From positions 1-64,000 of the IMG/VR virus record IMGVR_UViG_3300005253_000015: DNA of 64,000 bases; one strand, given 5' to 3'. The notes under the pieces are model-generated. The model did not search any database, was not told the DNA's origin, and worked only from the letters and a program-made list of their open reading frames with translations. Made by a program: the position numbers and the translations under genes. Shown here piece by piece: positions 1 to 9,569 of the stretch (positions within the stretch are counted from its first letter, which is position 1; every line of letters starts with the position of its first letter). The stretch comes from a virus.

Positions 1-585
1 CAATAAACTCTACCTCTGCTATTTCTGGTCTAAATTCTCCTCTAAGAATATCTCTGGTAGCTACTTCTAATGTCAGTAAATCACCAATGCTTTTAGGATT
101 ATAACTTGGAAAATGCTTCTGAGCTTTTACCCATGCCTTATCACAATCCTCTCTATTAAAGCCTAAATCATTAATAAGATAAAACAAGTACGGAGCTCTT
201 ATATTACTCAAAATTAATTAACACCTACATACTTCTTTAATTCATCAAATTTCTTCTGAAAATCCGATAGTCTGATAGCATCAGCTATAGTAAGTTCGAT
301 ATTACTACCCTTTTCTATAAACTCAGAAAAAACCTTATCCATATCAGAAACAATCTTTCTTAGATGATGCTCAAAACTCCAAGCCTCGTTATTGCACATT
401 ATACATTAGCCCCCTCTGAACGTAATATTTTTTTAATTTCCCTTATAATATCTCCAACATCGTCACCAACTTCATACCCTACTAATTTTTCTAAGAGTGA
501 ATAAACTAAACCCAATAAAGAATTAAACTTGGTATGTATATCAGCAACAGCATTGTAATTCATCATAGTCATATCAGCACCTTTT

Positions 586-1173
586 TTACCCAATATCTTT
601 TACCCCCTCTTCTTTATTCATTGACAGCTCTAACTTAAAAATCTCAGTTTTAAAAGTGTCCCATATCACATTCCAAGTGTTTAGTGGTTTACCCAACTTA
701 ATTTGATGGCATATCCGAGTGAGTATGTCTAATATTTCGTGTATATTACTTTCATTATTTCTTATACGTAGACTATGTGCAGCTAATCCAATACTATGAC
801 TTCCAGATACAGTAGTCTTTAGATTTGCAATACCACATTTATCATCATTACAAACTTCAAATTCATCATCATTTTGTTTCTCAGTATAGAAATGACTATT
901 ACAATTAGTGCAAGTATAAGCTCCTTTTCCACCAAGATATTGAACATTTGTATCAGAATTACAATCGGGACATTGTATCACTTTAGGTGTACACTCAGAA
1001 GGTATAACAATATCCGTATTATTATTACAAAAATCTTCTTTTAAAACTTTTGACAGTCCACTAAAAGTCTTAAAGTCTATTGAAGCATCAGCTATTCGTA
1101 ATAAAGACTTCATAATATTTTTTAATTTCTCTACTTTCTCTTCTAATTTTACTATTTTACTTTCTTCACTCAT
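586..1173 (-). CDS. Zn-ribbon-containing hypothetical protein
   Basis: CPDC...CTNC motif pair; part of a run of coupled minus-strand ORFs. Confidence 0.55.
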   Translation of the reverse strand: MSEESKIVKLEEKVEKLKNIMKSLLRIADASIDFKTFSGLSKVLKEDFCNNNTDIVIPSECTPKVIQCPDCNSDTNVQYLGGKGAYTCTNCNSHFYTEKQNDDEFEVCNDDKCGIANLKTTVSGSHSIGLAAHSLRIRNNESNIHEILDILTRICHQIKLGKPLNTWNVIWDTFKTEIFKLELSMNKEEGVKDIG

Positions 1174-1432
1174 TTCTTTTCACATTTTTTTTAATTTATG
1201 ATGTGCACTCGGCTAAAGGGCTCTCCCCTCTATTTACTAGGCTTTAGCAGTACGAAACACGCTTACACCACACCGATTTATGCTCCATTTCTATCCTCTA
1301 TTTATTTTTAAATCTCGATATAATTTACAATCTTTATAATCTTTAATTAAACATAATCCATAAAATTCTTTACAAGTGGGTTCATCATTCATGGTGATTT
1401 TATAAGGACACTTACCTTTAGTTTTTGTCATT

Positions 1433-1699
1433 TTAAAATTCGAATAGATGATATACAAGTTTATCATCCATCATTTTAATAGTACCTATATATGTTAATC
1501 CAGTCTTTATAATATCATGTCCCGTTCCAACTAATCTAAATCGCCTTTCAGCTTTCTCTAATGTAGGGTCTACAAGAGCCCATATTGTAGGGACACCATA
1601 CTGCAATTGAAAAGTTAATATCTTTGCTCCAAATGGCATTTCTATTGACTGATAATCTTTTAATAGAATACTATATTTCCAAATTATTATCTTTACCAT
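1433..1699 (-). CDS. conserved phage hypothetical protein
   Basis: IWKY..MP.GA.IL..Q...P.IWALVD...R.F...GTGH pattern common in phage proteins. Confidence 0.55.
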   Translation of the reverse strand: MVKIIIWKYSILLKDYQSIEMPFGAKILTFQLQYGVPTIWALVDPTLEKAERRFRLVGTGHDIIKTGLTYIGTIKMMDDKLVYHLFEF

Positions 1700-3156
1700 A
1701 TTTAATCATTCCTTTTAATTTTCTCTGTGGGTTGGCTCTTCGAAGAATTATGGGTTCGGGTATCTCTTGCCTATCCTTAAGCATTATACACATTTTAATG
1801 GTATGTGCGACACTCTGACTCTTACACAGATAGCGAATCGTCATTTATATCTTCAACCCTCTGAATCCTACCAACTTTCCACTTTACGTTCATTTCTTTA
1901 ATTTCTTGATTGTTTTTTGTACTTTATTATAAAATTGTATATTACAACTTTCAGAACATTCATTACAATTATGATAAAAGCATTTATTTCGCAACATTTC
2001 ACGTAAAAAGCTTCTCTTAATTCTCATGATACATCATTTTTTTTCAATAATTCATCTATTTTATATTTGATAATATAATATTCCCATGCAGGGTCTCTAT
2101 TTTCTAACACATTTTTATCTTTTTTTAATATTTTAATTCCCTTTTTCGCCTTTCTCCTTGTAGAAAATACACCATAATCTGCCCATGCTTCTCCACATAT
2201 ATTATCTGCTCCACCTACAAAAAAAACATTTCTCATAATGATATTCTCTTATTATATATTTGTGGTCGGTTGGGATTCAGCCCCTTCTGCCTTGAGAGTT
2301 GCCACATGATAAGGAATATAGCCTTACCTCTTCTCATAGGAATCTTACGCACCGAAGTCCACATATAATAGCTCACTATTATTTTTTTCTCCACCTTGAA
2401 TTTGATGGGTTGAAGAAAGTCTCTATATTATACCAATAGGCAATTTTACCTCTAATAAAGAAAAGAAGATGTGTAGGTGCTTCTTTTATTGAAAACCAAA
2501 ACCATATTTCCCATAAAATATTATAAAGACAATGTAATAATTTGTTTTTTTTCATTTTAATATACTTCTATTATTAGTAATACCCCTTTATAAATCTTAA
2601 AACATCTGGAAAAGTTTCATAGAGCTCATCTTCGGGCATAAGCCAACCTATTTCATGTAAAACTTCAGCTAATTTTATTTTTGCTCTTAATAATTCTTCT
2701 TTTTTATCTATATTTATCAACTCACTAATAGTTCTCTATTATCATCGATTAGCTCCACCAAATCTACGCAGACCAGAAGTTCTATTATCTAACTCAGATA
2801 CTTTTTCTTCGAGTTTTTTAATCTTTTTTTCAAGTTTGTTAATTCTCTCTTTTAAATTCTCACTCATTTTATCATTTCCACCCACTTCGCTCTAATAGTA
2901 CTTACCAAATGACCATCTAATTTAAAATAGCTAACAACTTTCTCAAAGTCCTCAAGGAACCTCATGATAAGCTTCTTGTTTTCATTCTTTCTTGCAGTTT
3001 TATACCATTCCGAAAATTTGGATTCTTCACTCATCTTGGTCTTATCTCTCTATTATAGTTTCTTTTATAGGACATAGTGTGACAGTGGGAAAAATCTAAA
3101 TCAAACCATGAGAGTAAAAATATGAATGAAAAAAAACCCACAATCATTTCACTTCC

Positions 3157-3462
3157 TTATAAAGTATAATTGAAATCATTTATTATTCTATCAGAAACGC
3201 TACCATCAGCTCCCACGTCATTATACACAATATCTAATATATGATTTATTAAATCTGTATATGGAATCTTACGATTTACTTTACCTAGTATCACATTCTG
3301 AAGTACAATTAGTCTATTCCTAACAGTATGTTTTACTGACATTGTAGTATAGATAGCCTTTTTACTTTTTAATTCACAGTCTACTGAACAAAAATTCTCA
3401 TCTCCTTCAATAGATTTATCAGTGAACTCCTTACGACAATGATGACAATAAGATATTTTCAT
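3157..3462 (-). CDS. Zn-finger (CxxC...FCSxxC) protein with possible C-terminal DNA-binding domain
   Basis: CHHC and FCSVDC motifs; T.SV...VRNRL..L C-terminal segment. Confidence 0.45.
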   Translation of the reverse strand: MKISYCHHCRKEFTDKSIEGDENFCSVDCELKSKKAIYTTMSVKHTVRNRLIVLQNVILGKVNRKIPYTDLINHILDIVYNDVGADGSVSDRIINDFNYTL

Positions 3463-3542
3463 AATTAAATTAAAAAATAGGTTAAAATTTAAAAACTTTA
3501 ATGGTTTAATGGTTTTTTGATTTATTTAGTTTTTTTTTAACT

Positions 3543-3549
3543 AAAAAAA
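3543..3549 (-). terminator. oligo-T terminator directly after the guide array
   Basis: T7 run on the minus strand 2 nt after the last (degenerate) edge repeat. Confidence 0.45.
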
Positions 3550-3551
3550 TT

Positions 3552-4672
3552 TTACTCGCTACATAGATTTGGTTTTCTTATACAAAATGACTCGTTTATC
3601 TCAATTGGTTTACTCTTTGTTGATGACTCGCTACCTTATTTTGGTTTTCTTATTACCCATGACTCGCTGTTCACCTATGGTTTTCTCGGAAATAATGACT
3701 CGCTCAATCCAATTGGTTTTCTCAACTTTTTTGACTCGTTAATCTAGCTTGGTTTTCTTATACGAAATGACTCGCTTAAGTCTTGTGGTTTCCTTCACTA
3801 AGATGACTCGCTATTTGTCATTGGTTTTCTTTTCTCTCATGACTCGCTAAAAACCGTTGGTTTTCTTAGATATTTTGACTCGCTACTCCGTAGTGGTTTT
3901 CTTCCTTCTTATGACTCGCATTATTTTAATGGTTTTCTATTGTTTAATGACTCGCTATCTTCTAATGGTTTTCCTAAGTCTTTTGACTCGCTTTCTTCAG
4001 ATGGGTTTCTTTTTTATAATAACTCGCTTCAATTTCTTGGTTTTCTAATATTTAGTGACTCGTTTAATTCATATGGTTTTCTATTCTTATATGACTCGCT
4101 ACTCCGTAGTGGTTTTCTTCTCTTATATGACTCGCTTATAGATTGTGGTTTTCTACAGATTGTTGACTCGCTATTTGTCATTGGTTTTCTTTTATTCTTT
4201 GACTCGCTATCTTCTAATGGTTTTCTGATTTTACTTGACTCGCTAATCTGATATGGATTTCTGATTTTACTTGACTCGCTAATCTGATATGGATTTCTTA
4301 TATTTAATGACTCGCTTATTTTTTATGTTTTTCTAAAATCATGTGACTCGCTACCTTATTTTGGTTTTCTTATTACCCATGACTCGCTGTTCACCTATGG
4401 GTTTCTCGGAAATAATGACTCGCTTAATGAATTTAGTTTTCTTATACTTCTTGACTCGCTAACTTATATTGGTTTTCTGTATTTATTTGACTCGCTTAGT
4501 ATTTATGGTTTTCTTGTTTAACATAACTCGCTATTGTTCAATGGTTTTCTTTAATATAATGACTCGTTCGGTAAAATTGGTTTTCTGATATCTAGTGACT
4601 CGCTAATCTCCAATGGGTTTCTTAAGTCTTTTGACTCGCTAAGGCGAAATGGTTTACTTGTTCTCTATGGCT
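3552..4672 (-). repeat. TIGR-type tandem interspaced guide RNA array: 31 units of 36 nt (AGTCA-N9-AGAAAACCA-N9-AGCG on the minus strand)
   Basis: On +, TGACTCGCT (with variants) starts at 3552+36k for k=0..30 with no indels. It alternates with TGGTTTTCT, and the two are separated by variable 9-nt spacers. The array abuts a Nop-domain gene. Confidence 0.93.
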
Positions 4673-5568
4673 TTTTCTTTTGGTACTAAAGTACCTTCCA
4701 TTTTAAGTGCTTTTCTCCATGTAATAATATTATCATGTAGTAAAACACCTTCAACATAATTCTTCTTAGCAGGTAAACCCATTATCTCTCTTGCACAATG
4801 CCAATAGTGGTCTAAAAAGATTTTCCTCATCTTTCTAAGTGCTCTATTATGAGCATGACCTTTACTTAATTTCGTGTCAGTTTTTTTATATGGTTTTCCG
4901 TATACCTCAAAAAGTGTATTAACATTATATTCTCTGTTTAACTGTTTTTCCTTTTCTGTATCATAAATCTGTCTATAATATCCTTTATTATGTATCAATA
5001 ATCCTTTAGATACCATCCATACTAAAGATTTCAATCTGGGATTATAATTAATAGTTTCTCCTTTTTTACGTTTTTGAGCTACTCCATTCACCACTGATTG
5101 ACCAGCATAAGCCCATAACTTACTAACTGTATCTGGTACGACATCACAATATCCTATTTCTTTTACTAGTTTGGCACTGATAACCTTATCTATACCTCGT
5201 ATCTTATCAAGAAAATCAATATATATAGCTTCATCTTTAACCAACTTCCCTAAACTCTTTTTAAACTCACGTTCAAGCGTCTTTACAGTAGGAATAGTTA
5301 CATCAAAAAATTTACTAATATAAGCCCCCTCTTCTGGTGTCACCCTACCTTCTTCTATTAGTTTATTTGCTAAAGGAAGTAACTTAGCATCAGCATATTT
5401 GGTATCAAAGGTTTTGCTCTCCTTTTTCTCTTCGACTTCATCGAAATCAATTCCCATATCAATCTTTCTGAGAATATCACGAATCTGATTCATAAAAATC
5501 TTTCGAACATTCTGGATAGATTCATATTCTACAGCATGTAATCTCAGAAGCACACGTTTTAAATTCAT
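4654..5568 (-). CDS. tasA: TIGR-associated Nop-domain RNA-guided DNA-binding protein without a nuclease domain (TasA type; IS110/Nop5-related)
   Basis: N-terminal coiled coil, then RGIDKVISAKL..EIG...TVSKLWAYAG...YNPRLKS...YYRQIYD..K...HAHNRALRKMRKIFL..YW. No RuvC/DEDD or HNH domain. The guide array starts at its 3' end. Confidence 0.85.
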   Translation of the reverse strand: MNLKRVLLRLHAVEYESIQNVRKIFMNQIRDILRKIDMGIDFDEVEEKKESKTFDTKYADAKLLPLANKLIEEGRVTPEEGAYISKFFDVTIPTVKTLEREFKKSLGKLVKDEAIYIDFLDKIRGIDKVISAKLVKEIGYCDVVPDTVSKLWAYAGQSVVNGVAQKRKKGETINYNPRLKSLVWMVSKGLLIHNKGYYRQIYDTEKEKQLNREYNVNTLFEVYGKPYKKTDTKLSKGHAHNRALRKMRKIFLDHYWHCAREIMGLPAKKNYVEGVLLHDNIITWRKALKMEGTLVPKEKAIENK

Positions 5569-6422
5569 AAAAGCCCAGCCTCTCTAAGTTGCTTAATTGT
5601 TGGAAAAGACGAATCTTTTTTCAGCATTACATTTTCTATTATATATGTAATTTGATTAGCTATTTCATCCCAGTATCCAAGCTTTGTAGCAATTCCTTTA
5701 ACTTCATTGTATAATGTTTCATAATGATATTTTGATGTCTTTACAGATGCTAATTCTTCCTTTAAATCAATTATTTCTTGTCGAAGGTCTAACTTTGTTT
5801 TTACTTTTTGCTTTGTTACCTTACCTTTTTTTTTAGGAGTTGTTAAATGTTTGATGTAGAGTCTATTGATTGACTTCTCTTTCCTCCCTCTCTCTAATTG
5901 GTCTAAGGCTTTCCTAACCTCTGGATTCGATTCAGCCTCTTTTTTAAGCTCTTTAAATTGATTTAATGCTTTTAATGTAGTATGTATTTCTCTAGCAGTC
6001 CTCTTAGTCTGTGCCAATTCCTGTATTTTACGTAAATTAACATCTTCTTGAACAGCAATACCATGCTCTTTTCTTATCCACTCTTCCATCTCAATACCAA
6101 TCTCTAATTTTGTACCGAGTGCCATATGTCTTCGGTCAAAATTACATAAGCTAATAATATCAACTAATGCTTCAGTACTACTTATATCTAAGTCTAAAAA
6201 ATATGGCTCTATTTCTGCCATTAGACATAGTATTAAACGAATTCGTCCATCTATAATCTCTTGAGTTGATTGGAGTCTTAGAATAGGATAATACTGTCCA
6301 CTCTTCTTCATTCTCTCTGCCATTGAAAGTAGTTCTCTTTCTGGTGGTATAGGGAAAAGTATACATAATGGATGAAACTTATGTTCTTCCATCTGTTTTG
6401 TTATATCTTTAAACACTTTCAT
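5565..6422 (-). CDS. ParB/Srx-like N-terminal domain protein with coiled-coil tail, translationally coupled to tasA
   Basis: FHPLCILFP...G...PI....IIDGRIRL..C....IEP.F...CN..RRH motif; ATGA overlap with tasA at 5565-5568. Confidence 0.75.
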   Translation of the reverse strand: MKVFKDITKQMEEHKFHPLCILFPIPPERELLSMAERMKKSGQYYPILRLQSTQEIIDGRIRLILCLMAEIEPYFLDLDISSTEALVDIISLCNFDRRHMALGTKLEIGIEMEEWIRKEHGIAVQEDVNLRKIQELAQTKRTAREIHTTLKALNQFKELKKEAESNPEVRKALDQLERGRKEKSINRLYIKHLTTPKKKGKVTKQKVKTKLDLRQEIIDLKEELASVKTSKYHYETLYNEVKGIATKLGYWDEIANQITYIIENVMLKKDSSFPTIKQLREAGLL

Positions 6423-6684
6423 ATTCTTTACCTCTTATTTTTTTATTTATATTATAGCCCAAGAAACTTATAAGAGTTTATACTTGGACATCTCTTAATA
6501 AAAAAAAGGTAATTAAAAATTTTATAATCGTGCCATCATTATTAACCTGTCAAGTTGTTTAAGTGGTATATCATTTTCTTTACAATAATTCTTCAATTCA
6601 TCAAACATTGCAAATTTATGTTTTATGATAATACTAAATACAGCTACAACATGTAGGTCAAAGTCTTCTATATCTACCATATTA

Positions 6685-6969
6685 TTATCCACCTTCAACA
6701 TCGTTAACATATTCTCTTGTTAGAGACCATAAAACATGTGGTCTTCCACGCTTTTCATTATATAATGTCTCCTTGATAAGAATATCTCGTTCTAATAATT
6801 TCTTTAGATTATCATATATAGTGGTTCGTGGAGTTTCCAGTTCTGATACAAATGTAGAACGTGAATAAATATTATTTCTCCACAATAACTCAATTATTTC
6901 ATTTTGTATATATGTTAATCTCTTAAACTTGTCCTTCATTTTTTTATATCCTCTGTTACTTTTTTCCAT
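6685..6969 (-). CDS. winged-helix (TrmB-like) transcription regulator
   Basis: PRTTIYDNLKKL...KRGRP.VLW. Confidence 0.7.
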   Translation of the reverse strand: MEKSNRGYKKMKDKFKRLTYIQNEIIELLWRNNIYSRSTFVSELETPRTTIYDNLKKLLERDILIKETLYNEKRGRPHVLWSLTREYVNDVEGG

Positions 6970-7175
6970 TCATCAAATAATTCAGCAAAACAACTGCTTA
7001 CATCCGTAAGTAAAATTCTTATCTCTTCAATTGTACCATTAATTTGATGTAATTGTGATTGTAATGATGAATACGCTCCATAACACTTCCTTATCTGAGC
7101 CTTTATATCCTTATGTTCCTCATCAATCTTTTTTGAAACATTCTCCATAAGATAACACCAAAAAAAAAAAGAAGT

Positions 7176-8471
7176 TTAGATAAATTGTACTAAATCCTTC
7201 TGAGAATCATCGTCATCAAATTCTATAACATCAGCTCTGGAAATAGATTTACCAAGATTAGAAACAAATGTGTCTGGTTGCCGTAAAATTCTCATGACAT
7301 TATCATATGCAGTCATTCTTGCAGCCTCAGTCTCAGCCATACTACTCGCCCAATCCATTACTGTATATGCCACACCCTCAAGTGTACTGGGATATCCTTT
7401 ACTTTCTTTTATCTTGATTAAATCATTCATTTTGTTAGACATTTTTAACTGCAATCCAAGAGCATTTTTACCATCTTCATTAACAGCATCAAACTCAATT
7501 GCTACACCTCTGGATTCACAAGTAGTTAGATTCCCGAACAGATTAGCTATTAAGTCACTCTTACCAAGTATTTTTTTTACTCCGAACACTAATGTTTCCT
7601 TGAAAACCTCTGGGTCACCTACATGTTTTAAGGCAATAGATAACTCAACGGTACGTATCACTAGTTCAATATCTTCATCTGGTAAACAAACATATCCAGT
7701 AATAACAAGTTTTTTACTTTTAAACTCAGAATTAATTACTGAACAGCCAACCAAAGTCGGTCTATCATTAATCAATACTGGATTTGAGCTAACAAAATTA
7801 CCTCTTGATACAAGAGCCGTAGCATATCCAGATTGAAACACTATATCTGTATTATTTTTCTTAGCTTCGTCAAAACATATCTGCATTGTTTCACCATCTG
7901 GTTGATGAACATACTTCCCAGTAACATAGCACCTACCATCACCATCTTCCGATGCTGTGGCAAAATCCCATACTCTATGACAAATCACGGGACTCGTACG
8001 ACTATTCTTATTCCGTCTAATATCCCAAACACTAACAAATATTTCATTCAGTTTGATGATATTCTCAGTACTTGGAATGAAATTACCATCCTCACCCATT
8101 AATTTATCAAGCTTTTTATCAACATTATATACAGTTTCAACCATATGTGTAAGGTCTCCAAGCTGTAATATATCTCTCGTAAATTGTGTGAAAGCGTATG
8201 CTGGGGATTCTATAAAATCATCACTTATATCATCATACTCTTTAGTTACCACATCATATTCTTTAGCTATTTCGCAATGAAGCCTGTACACTTCCTCAGA
8301 AGGTACATACACGAAAGAATAAAAATTCTTTATGTATATCCTTTCGACAATCCTTTCATCATCAATAACCTTCATCATTCCCTCAAAAGTCTTAAATCTT
8401 AATATTCTACGGGAAAGAGAAATGCTATGATTGATGTAATCAAATTTTATCAATTTTTTTTTACTCTCCAA
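7176..8471 (-). CDS. hypothetical protein, C-terminal half DUF932-like
   Basis: 431-aa ORF with G.SVINSE....L.I.G..C...LKHVG segment; family call is tentative. Confidence 0.4.
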   Translation of the reverse strand: MESKKKLIKFDYINHSISLSRRILRFKTFEGMMKVIDDERIVERIYIKNFYSFVYVPSEEVYRLHCEIAKEYDVVTKEYDDISDDFIESPAYAFTQFTRDILQLGDLTHMVETVYNVDKKLDKLMGEDGNFIPSTENIIKLNEIFVSVWDIRRNKNSRTSPVICHRVWDFATASEDGDGRCYVTGKYVHQPDGETMQICFDEAKKNNTDIVFQSGYATALVSRGNFVSSNPVLINDRPTLVGCSVINSEFKSKKLVITGYVCLPDEDIELVIRTVELSIALKHVGDPEVFKETLVFGVKKILGKSDLIANLFGNLTTCESRGVAIEFDAVNEDGKNALGLQLKMSNKMNDLIKIKESKGYPSTLEGVAYTVMDWASSMAETEAARMTAYDNVMRILRQPDTFVSNLGKSISRADVIEFDDDDSQKDLVQFI

Positions 8472-8706
8472 TATTCTTTATTTTTACATCTGAAATAGAC
8501 ATTCTGTGCGATATATCTGAAATAGATATACCATGACACAAAAAAGAGTGTCTTTTTAAATTTAATTTATCCACAATAATCATCACCATAATTATCATTA
8601 CAAGAAGTTTTTAGTATTGAGCCAAGAGAAATCATCATATTCACTAAATCATCTGGTAAGTCTGAGATAGTTACATTATCATTTTCAATAAATACTGTAA
8701 TGTTCA

Positions 8707-8898
8707 TTATCTTTTAACCCTCTGAGTATCAGTTTGTCTAATCTTCGCATAAAAATCTGGTTTTTTGTCACGCTTAGTAACTACACCAAGTTTATCTTCA
8801 AGCTCTTTAGTTTCCTTTAGACATTTATCGCTTTTAACACCGTTGACCTCAATTCTCATATTGCCTTCGTTATCTATATCAATAATCATTTCTTTCAT
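8707..8898 (-). CDS. DUF2997-family protein
   Basis: I.ID.EG...IEVNGVK...C...TKELE.KLG.V......PDFY; typical neighbour of DUF1257 and the AAA ATPase. Confidence 0.75.
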   Translation of the reverse strand: MKEMIIDIDNEGNMRIEVNGVKSDKCLKETKELEDKLGVVTKRDKKPDFYAKIRQTDTQRVKR

Positions 8899-9049
8899 TT
8901 TTTCTTACCTCTTTTACCACATAAAAGTTGTTCCGATGTATTATTCACTAGCGTTTTACCAAATACCTTTAATATCAAAGGATTAGTACAGAGTCCTAAC
9001 AGATAATCATATGCTTTTTGACCTTCAAAATAATCGCATTCTTGACAAA

Positions 9050-9427
9050 TCAATATTTCTGTAACACCATCCTAATAGTTTTATCTTTGTTAACTATCTC
9101 CTTTACATTATAGCCCATCGCCTTTGCCTGACGATAAACTATTTTTTTACTATACTCTTGCATCAAGTTTCGTTTGAAGTCTCTTCGATTTACTCCTCGT
9201 ACACTCATCCAATCAACTTCAATATTGAAGTTTCTCTCACCAGCCTTTTTTCTAAAACCAATATTAGAGGAGTTAGGGAGTTCAATCTGAAAATTAACCG
9301 TAGTATGTCCCCCGTAATTATTGGTTAATCGTGTATTAGTAGATATTGTATAGCCCATCTCTTTCAATACTTCCCATAGAGTTGCTTCTTCATAAATTTC
9401 GCAACGCACACTCGTGAAATGTGATAT
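9050..9427 (-). CDS. DUF1257 (Ycf35-like) protein with probable ATA start
   Basis: SHFTSV...L...LKEMGY...IGF......I..DW...L.QEY......A..MGY; GAGGTG RBS 6 nt before ATA-TCA-CAT-TTC. Confidence 0.7.
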   Translation of the reverse strand: MSHFTSVRCEIYEEATLWEVLKEMGYTISTNTRLTNNYGGHTTVNFQIELPNSSNIGFRKKAGERNFNIEVDWMSVRGVNRRDFKRNLMQEYSKKIVYRQAKAMGYNVKEIVNKDKTIRMVLQKY

Positions 9428-9428
9428 A

Positions 9429-9569
9429 TTAAACACCTCTACAATAAGTACATTCATCATCACAATAAGGACATCCATATTTACTCTCATAAATAATAGA
9501 TTCAGAACAATTATGATGAAAATGTCTTTTCTTACGTCCACATGTACAATACCCTATACTTAAACTCAT
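9429..9569 (-). CDS. small Cys-rich protein (46 aa, not in the ORF track)
   Basis: MSLSIGYCTCG...CPYCDDECTYCRGV*; ATGA overlap with the AAA gene stop. Confidence 0.5.
   Translation of the reverse strand: MSLSIGYCTCGRKKRHFHHNCSESIIYESKYGCPYCDDECTYCRGV

Noticed and set aside
1195-1262. Hammerhead ribozyme (ATGATGT...GAAA)
   Set aside because: The core deviates from CUGANGA at two positions, and no stems I/III were found.
2261-2290. tRNA-like 3' end (GGGGCTGAATCCC...CCA on the minus strand)
   Set aside because: There is no TTC loop and no consistent acceptor, D or anticodon arms.
3857-4251. ORFs 3857..4048 and 3940..4251 (+)
   Set aside because: These are by-products of the 36-nt (12-codon) periodicity, antisense to the array.
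3552-4672. CRISPR array
   Set aside because: Repeats and spacers are only 9 nt, there are two alternating repeats with a 36-nt period, and no cas genes are present.
4654-5568. IS110 transposase / insertion sequence
   Set aside because: It lacks the N-terminal DEDD RuvC domain and the catalytic SG loop, and it is flanked by a guide array rather than IS ends.
7270-8402. Plus-strand ORFs antisense to 7176..8471, and similar shadow ORFs opposite the AAA, spike and fibre genes
   Set aside because: They are fully nested antisense to well-supported genes and have no RBS or recognisable motifs.
9428-9541. N-terminal 38 aa of ORF 9050..9541
   Set aside because: It overlaps a better small Cys-rich ORF, and the family-typical SHFT start and RBS lie at 9427.
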